Below are positions 59,173 to 64,000 of a stretch of 64,000 nucleotides of DNA, piece after piece; the stretch's first letter is position 1, and every line of letters begins with the position of its first letter. The stretch is from Acidimicrobiales bacterium (GTDB taxonomy: Bacteria > Actinomycetota > Acidimicrobiia > Acidimicrobiales > GCA-2861595). The notes beneath the pieces are model-generated. The model saw only the letters and a program-made list of their open reading frames with translations. It was not told the DNA's origin and did no database searches. The DNA is taken from positions 45,251-109,250 of the forward strand of contig DATLCN010000046.1 of assembly GCA_035526335.1 (NCBI GenBank), written 5' to 3'. A program made the position numbers and the translations under genes.

Positions 59173-60188
59173 GGCTGGCTCCCCGCCAATGCCGCGGCGT
59201 CGGCGGAGGCCAGGCAGAGCACGTCCCTCAGCCGGCGCAACTGGTCGTCCCACCTGTCCGCCTGAAGGCGATGGGCGGCGGGGGCGGCCACGAGAAGCTC
59301 TGCGTGACGGGCAACCGCAGCACGCAGGCCCGCGGCGATCGAGTGTGCGTCGTTGTCGACGTGCACGGCGTGGGGGAACAGTTCGCGCAGGGCCGGCCAG
59401 TCGCTGACGACGACCGGCCGCCGCGTGTACACCGCCTCGTACGCGGCGCGCATCACCGAGTTCGACTCGGTCGACAGAGCCATGACGAGGTGGGAGCGCT
59501 CGAGGGCCGCCCGATAGGAGTCGAGCCCAAGATAGCCGACGAAGGTGACATTGGGCGGAGGTGAATCGAGCAGGCCCGGCGGACACTTCTGCACGTCGCC
59601 CGTCACCCGGATGTCCATCTCCGGCACCAGCCGCGCCGCCGACACCACCTGATCCGCAGGCTCGTCGCCACCGAACGTCCCGACGAACAGCACCTGCGGC
59701 CGGCCACGGAGAGGTTCACCCGGCGACGGATCCCATGGCGGTGGAGCCTCGTGCACTATCACCGGGGACCCGCCCGCCGAGTCGACCACTGAAGCCAGTT
59801 CGGGCGTCGTGACCAGCGTCGACCGTGCGCGCCGGAGGAGCCAGCGGTGGATGGAACCGAGTCGGGCCGAGTGACGGTCGCCCATCAACCCGAAGGCGCC
59901 CGGGTGGCTGTCGAGTACGACCGGAACGTGCCACGCCCACCCGTACAGAAGGGCGATGAGGCCAGGAAAGACCGGGGGAGCGGTCGCGATGACCGATCGG
60001 GGTCGCTTCCGCAGAAGGTAGGCAGCCGAGGCGACGGCGCTGAAGCCGTAGCGCAGCGGCACGAGCGCCTCGCCCCGCAGGGACCGTGGGTAGACGCAGA
60101 GGCTCTGGCCCCCCAGCGCCCGCGAAATGTCGGCGGACCTCCCGCCTACTGCACTCCATGCCAGGAAGGCCACCGGTACGCGCGGCAA
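59169..60188 (-). CDS. Glycosyltransferase (GT-B fold, GT4-like)
   Basis: Size, locus context and C-terminal ESNSVMRAAYEAVYTRRPVVVSDWPALRELF. The call is less certain than for the other GTs. Confidence 0.6.
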   Translation of the reverse strand: MPRVPVAFLAWSAVGGRSADISRALGGQSLCVYPRSLRGEALVPLRYGFSAVASAAYLLRKRPRSVIATAPPVFPGLIALLYGWAWHVPVVLDSHPGAFGLMGDRHSARLGSIHRWLLRRARSTLVTTPELASVVDSAGGSPVIVHEAPPPWDPSPGEPLRGRPQVLFVGTFGGDEPADQVVSAARLVPEMDIRVTGDVQKCPPGLLDSPPPNVTFVGYLGLDSYRAALERSHLVMALSTESNSVMRAAYEAVYTRRPVVVSDWPALRELFPHAVHVDNDAHSIAAGLRAAVARHAELLVAAPAAHRLQADRWDDQLRRLRDVLCLASADAAALAGSQP

Positions 60189-60273
60189 TCGATCAGACGA
60201 GAGCAGCTTGGCATTGGTGCTCTGGCTGGACGCTCACCGCCACCAACTATACCCGTGACCATGGGCGGGCAGA

Positions 60274-61413
60274 TTGCGGGCCGGGCGAGGTTCACAGAGG
60301 CCATCCAGGGAACGTCCGATAGCTCGGAGCTCGCGATCCAGGGGTACCCTCAGGACCCGGACGGGGCCCAAGGGGCCGAGCGAGAAGGTGGACGAAGGTC
60401 AGCTGGTGGTCGAAAGCAACGGGACCTTGCTCCCATCGGTTTCGGTCGTGGTGCCGACCTACAACCGACGTCAGAATCTGGAGCCCCTGATTGCCCGCCT
60501 CGCGTCCGACGCGGCCACCACGGAGATCGTGGTGGTGGTCGACGGATCCAATGACGATTCCCTGGAGATGCTCGAGCGGCTCGCCGAGCAAGAGCCACGG
60601 CTCCGGCCGGTCGCGCAACCCAACAGGGGCCTTCAGGCTGCCCGCCAACTCGGCGCGGTCTCGGCTCGGGGTGAGATCGTCGTCTTCCTCGACGACGACG
60701 TGCTTCCGTCCCCGGCACTCGTCACGGGTCATGCCCGTCACCATGCCCGCCGCTCGGCCGATGTGGTCGTCGGGTACATGCCGGTCCTGCTCCCCCCCGA
60801 GCGGCAACCCGGACAATTCGCCTCGTATCTGTACGCGAGCGAATACGAGGAGCATTGCGCGGAACAGGAGCGCGATCCCTCGAGGATCCTCAAGTCACTT
60901 TGGATGGGCAACGTGTCGCTCCGCCGGGAGGACTGCGTTCGGATCGGGATGCAGTCAGAGCCGTTTTCCCGGGTTTATCACGAGGACACCGACCTCGGGC
61001 TCAGGTTTCACCGGGCAGGTCTCCGGGCCACTTTCGACCGTTCCCTGCTGGCGACCCATCTGCACACGAGGGCGCTTCGGGCGTTCCGTTCCGATGCCCG
61101 CTCACAAGGGATAGGCCGGTGGCATCTCCGCCAGCTCCACACCGAGGTGGATGCCAACCTGACCACGGCTCTGTCTCGCGATCTCCCGGCTGTCGCCCGG
61201 GCCCTCCTTTCCGCTTGCCGGCGGGCACCGTGGGTGTGCGTGGCAGTCTCGACCGTACTCAGTGCGACCGTGGTGATCGCCGGGCGGCTGCGCCGCTTCG
61301 GTCTCGAGACCAACCTGGCCCGGGTGCTCCGCCGGGTGGAGCAGCAGTACGGCGTCGAGCTCGCGGAGCAACGCCGACGAGAGGTGGAACGGTCCGCCCC
61401 GTCACTTCCGTAG
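60274..61413 (+). CDS. Family 2 glycosyltransferase (GT-A fold)
   Basis: VSVVVPTYNRRQNL, VVVDGSNDDS and VVFLDDDVLP (DxD). The true start is probably an internal GTG (60388 or 60406). Confidence 0.82.
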   Translation: MRAGRGSQRPSRERPIARSSRSRGTLRTRTGPKGPSEKVDEGQLVVESNGTLLPSVSVVVPTYNRRQNLEPLIARLASDAATTEIVVVVDGSNDDSLEMLERLAEQEPRLRPVAQPNRGLQAARQLGAVSARGEIVVFLDDDVLPSPALVTGHARHHARRSADVVVGYMPVLLPPERQPGQFASYLYASEYEEHCAEQERDPSRILKSLWMGNVSLRREDCVRIGMQSEPFSRVYHEDTDLGLRFHRAGLRATFDRSLLATHLHTRALRAFRSDARSQGIGRWHLRQLHTEVDANLTTALSRDLPAVARALLSACRRAPWVCVAVSTVLSATVVIAGRLRRFGLETNLARVLRRVEQQYGVELAEQRRREVERSAPSLP

Positions 61414-62343
61414 CTCGAACGGCGTGATTTCAGCAACGGATTCCACCGTGCGGCTCGCACACGTCAGCAGGTCCTCGTAGATCAGTGTCTCGGGAAGCCG
61501 GGAGATGGCGAGGCCGCGACTGGCTAGGTCGGAGGCGATTTCAGCCTGATGGTCGTCGATGTGCTCCCCGAAGGCTTTTTGGCGGGGAACGAGGACCGGG
61601 AAGCGGCCTGACTCGAGGGCGACCAGCGAGGAACCGGCCCCGGCGTGGCAGACCACCACGTCGGCGTCGCGCATCGCCGCCTCGAGCTCGCGAGCGGGCA
61701 CAAAGGCACGGGAGTCGATCGGCAGCCCTGTGACGTCGGTTGATCCTGTCTGCCACAGGACGTCGACATCGGGCGGTAGGAGCTGGTGCATTCGCTTGAT
61801 CAGGCGGCGAAAGCCGTATGTTTCGGAGCTTCCCACGCTCACGACGACGCGCCGGAGCTTGGAGCCGGGCGAGCCGGCGACCGGCGTGAAGCCGTCGAAT
61901 ATGGATCCTCCGTAGCGCCAAGGTCCGGTCGCCCACGCACGGTACTGGGTGTACAGATTCATCCCCGGGAGCACCTTCAGCACCCGACCGGTCATGGAAG
62001 GTCCCATGGTCCGGGTTGCGCTTTCGATGTAGTGGCAGGACGCGCCCCGTGCCCGTGCCAGTGGAAGCGACGAAATGGCGATACCCGAACCCGTGCTCAC
62101 GGCAACGGAAAATCGTCTCGAGCGGAGGAGGCGGGCAGCGACCAAGGCGTTGGCCGCGGTAGTTCCGAGATCCCGCGGTCGCGGATACCGGCCGAACACG
62201 ACCTCCTGCCCTGCCAGCAATGAGCGGCTCTGCGCGGTGTCGAACGTGAGCCATACGAAAGGACCATCAAGGCCCAGACGGGGCAGGAGCGACTGAAGCT
62301 CCTTCAGGTGGCCCCCGGCCGACGCCACCAGGAGGACCGTCAT
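61402..62343 (-). CDS. Fused Alg14-like / Alg13-like (Glyco_tran_28_C) glycosyltransferase
   Basis: The N-terminal half (VLLVASAGGHLKELQSL, ...STGSGIAISSLPLARARG...YIES) is Alg14/PssD-like. The C-terminal half (VVVSVGSS..FRRL...CHAGAGSSLVALESGRFPVLVPR...HIDDHQAEIA) is Alg13/PssE-like. Confidence 0.7.
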   Translation of the reverse strand: MTVLLVASAGGHLKELQSLLPRLGLDGPFVWLTFDTAQSRSLLAGQEVVFGRYPRPRDLGTTAANALVAARLLRSRRFSVAVSTGSGIAISSLPLARARGASCHYIESATRTMGPSMTGRVLKVLPGMNLYTQYRAWATGPWRYGGSIFDGFTPVAGSPGSKLRRVVVSVGSSETYGFRRLIKRMHQLLPPDVDVLWQTGSTDVTGLPIDSRAFVPARELEAAMRDADVVVCHAGAGSSLVALESGRFPVLVPRQKAFGEHIDDHQAEIASDLASRGLAISRLPETLIYEDLLTCASRTVESVAEITPFELRK

Positions 62344-62399
62344 TTCCCTCGGTAGCCTTTCGTGGACCCGACCGAGCCAGGATTTGGAGGAGTGTCCGG

Positions 62400-63461
62400 G
62401 TGAACCTGGCCATCGTCCACGACTATCTCACCCAGCGCGGTGGAGCCGAGCGGGTGGTCCTGCGTCTGGCAGGGCTGTTCCCCGACGCCCCGGTGTTCAC
62501 GTCCGTCTACGCGGCGGACATGACATTCCCCGAGTTCCAGCAGTTGAAAGTCGTCACATCCGACCTGCAGGGGAAGATCGATCCCGCACGGTTTCGCCTC
62601 GCCGCCCCACGGTATCCAGCCGCTTTCCGCCGCTTCGATCTGTCCGCCTTCGACCGGGTGATCGTGACGACGTCCGGATTCGCGCATCATGTTCGTCATG
62701 GCCGGGCTCTCGTATATTGCCACACCCCGCCTCGGTTCCTTTACGACCCGGCGACCTATCTCGGGAGCCGTGCCCTTGCCGCCGCGGCGTTTCCCGGCCT
62801 CGCATGGATGCGGGCTCGTGACCGGCGAGCCGCCGCCGGGCATGAGTCCTTCGCCACCAGTTCCCGTGTCGGGGTCGAGCGGATACGGGCGATCTACGGG
62901 AGGGATGCCCGCGTGATCCACCCCCCCTTGTGGACGGGCCATCTTCCCCTGGAGGTATGCGATCCGCCGGAGGATCCCCACGCACTGGTGGTGGCGCGGC
63001 TGCTTCCATACAAGCGAATCGACGTGGCGATCCAGGCATGTTCGATCGCCGGCATCCCGCTCACCATCGTCGGCACGGGCCCGGACGAAGCGCGCCTCCG
63101 TCGCATGGCCGGGAACGACGCGCGGTTCCTCGGGCGTGTGCCCGATGATGCAATGGCGGATGTGTGGGCGCGCCATTCGGTGGTGCTCGCGCCCGGGCTG
63201 GAGGATTTCGGATATGGGCCGGTGGAGGCGAATTTCGCCGGCAGGCCCGTCTTGGCACTGCGTGCGGGAGGAGCCCTGGAGACAGTCCAAGACGGGGTCA
63301 CGGGCTTGCTCGTAGAGGGGGAGAACCCGGGACTGTGGGCCGACGCGCTGCTACGGGTGCACGGACGGACATGGGCCCCAGAGGCCCTGCGGGCGTGGAC
63401 AACAAGGTTCAGCGGCCCCTTGTTCGACGCCGGCATCGAGGCCTGGCTGGCGACCACCTGA
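62400..63461 (+). CDS. Glycosyltransferase, GT4-like
   Basis: N-terminal IVHDYLTQRGGAERVV. C-terminal PGLEDFGYGPVEANFAGRPVLALRAGGALETVQDGVTG (E-x7-E). Confidence 0.8.
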   Translation: MNLAIVHDYLTQRGGAERVVLRLAGLFPDAPVFTSVYAADMTFPEFQQLKVVTSDLQGKIDPARFRLAAPRYPAAFRRFDLSAFDRVIVTTSGFAHHVRHGRALVYCHTPPRFLYDPATYLGSRALAAAAFPGLAWMRARDRRAAAGHESFATSSRVGVERIRAIYGRDARVIHPPLWTGHLPLEVCDPPEDPHALVVARLLPYKRIDVAIQACSIAGIPLTIVGTGPDEARLRRMAGNDARFLGRVPDDAMADVWARHSVVLAPGLEDFGYGPVEANFAGRPVLALRAGGALETVQDGVTGLLVEGENPGLWADALLRVHGRTWAPEALRAWTTRFSGPLFDAGIEAWLATT

Positions 63462-63518
63462 CGACGATGTCCCCGTCGCTTGGCGGGTCGCGATAGCCCT
63501 CGGTAGGCTCCGCCCGCG

Positions 63519-63884
63519 ATGTCGGCTTTCCTCCGGGGCTACCTCAGTGTCTTGGTCTTCGGCGCTGCCGCGGTCGCCATGGTGGGAGCGATGCTCGGTG
63601 CCGGCCGGCTTCTACGTCCCACCAGGCCGCAGCCTCAGAAGTACATCTCATACGAAAGCGGTGTCGATCCGGTCGGTACAGGCTGGTCGCAGAGCCAGGT
63701 CCGCTACTACATCTTCGCCCTGCTCTTCGTCATGTTCGACGTGGAGGCCGTCTTCATCTTCCCCTGGGCGATCCGCCTGGAGGCGCTCGGTGTCTTCGGG
63801 CTCGTGGAGATGCTCATATTCATCGTCATCCTGGCGCTCGGCCTCGTGTATGCCTGGCGCAAGGGGGTGCTTCGGTGGGTCTAG
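63519..63884 (+). CDS. nuoA: NADH-quinone oxidoreductase subunit A (copy 2)
   Basis: YESGVDP and FDVEAVFIFPW motifs in a 121-aa, 3-TM protein. Confidence 0.9.
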   Translation: MSAFLRGYLSVLVFGAAAVAMVGAMLGAGRLLRPTRPQPQKYISYESGVDPVGTGWSQSQVRYYIFALLFVMFDVEAVFIFPWAIRLEALGVFGLVEMLIFIVILALGLVYAWRKGVLRWV

Positions 63885-64000
63885 TGGAGAGGGGGCTCAT
63901 CCCCAAGCCCCTCACACACCTGCTCAACCTCAGCCGCAAGTACTCCCTCTGGGTGTACCAGTGGGGGCTGGCCTGTTGCGCCATCGAGATGGGAGCGGCG
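63884..64000 (+). CDS. nuoB: NADH-quinone oxidoreductase subunit B (copy 2), 5' partial, runs off the window
   Basis: GTG overlaps the nuoA2 stop. Translation [39 protein letters not shown] contains the Nuo[10 protein letters not shown] motif. Confidence 0.85.
   Translation, partial: MERGLIPKPLTHLLNLSRKYSLWVYQWGLACCAIEMGAA

Noticed and set aside
1-64000. Searched by eye for CRISPR arrays, tRNA/rRNA genes, IS elements, integrases, toxin-antitoxin pairs and classical phage-defence genes.
   Set aside because: I found no regularly spaced direct repeats, no cloverleaf-like or rRNA-like segments in the few intergenic gaps, and no transposase, integrase or nuclease ORFs. The accessory block appears to be purely biosynthetic and cell-envelope related.

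Overview
Very GC-rich bacterial chromosome segment. Gene content and synteny look Actinomycetota-like (Rex-hem operon, proC followed by a small excisionase-type HTH gene), but I cannot place it further without a database search.

**1-36.1 kb, core metabolism**
- M23 peptidase, proC, and a SAM hydroxide adenosyltransferase.
- A PAS-PP2C-HATPase signalling fusion, divergent from rex.
- A rex-sirC-hemA-hemC-cobA/hemD-hemB-hemL haem operon.
- A geranylgeranyl-reductase and monohaem cytochrome c pair.
- An unusual b6-type (split cytochrome b) Rieske/cytochrome bc operon with an extra 2x[4Fe-4S] ferredoxin and two unknown membrane proteins.
- This operon runs straight into a complete nuoA-N operon.

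**36.1-63.5 kb, accessory block (no integrase, transposase or tRNA seen)**
- A lasso-peptide gene cluster: precursor, Asn-synthetase-like cyclase, two PqqD/RRE proteins, B2 protease, ABC-2 exporter and an HPr-kinase-like tailoring kinase.
- A Wzx/Wzy-type exopolysaccharide locus: priming sugar transferase, NTP_transf_5 protein, flippase, five glycosyltransferases, polymerase/ligase-like protein and co-polymerase.
- Within that locus, a 1527-aa secreted multidomain protein and two GH26-like paralogs.

**63.5-64.0 kb:** a second nuoA and the start of a second nuoB.

**Most interesting**
- The lasso cluster. Its 47-aa precursor has a textbook leader motif, but the predicted cleavage site leaves Asp as core residue 1, and the peptide does not end in Ser despite the kinase.
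- The b6-type bc complex with candidate Rex operators.

All calls come from reading the ORF translations and DNA by eye. No similarity search or HMM was run. Start codons are inferred from overlaps, SD-like sequences and domain boundaries.
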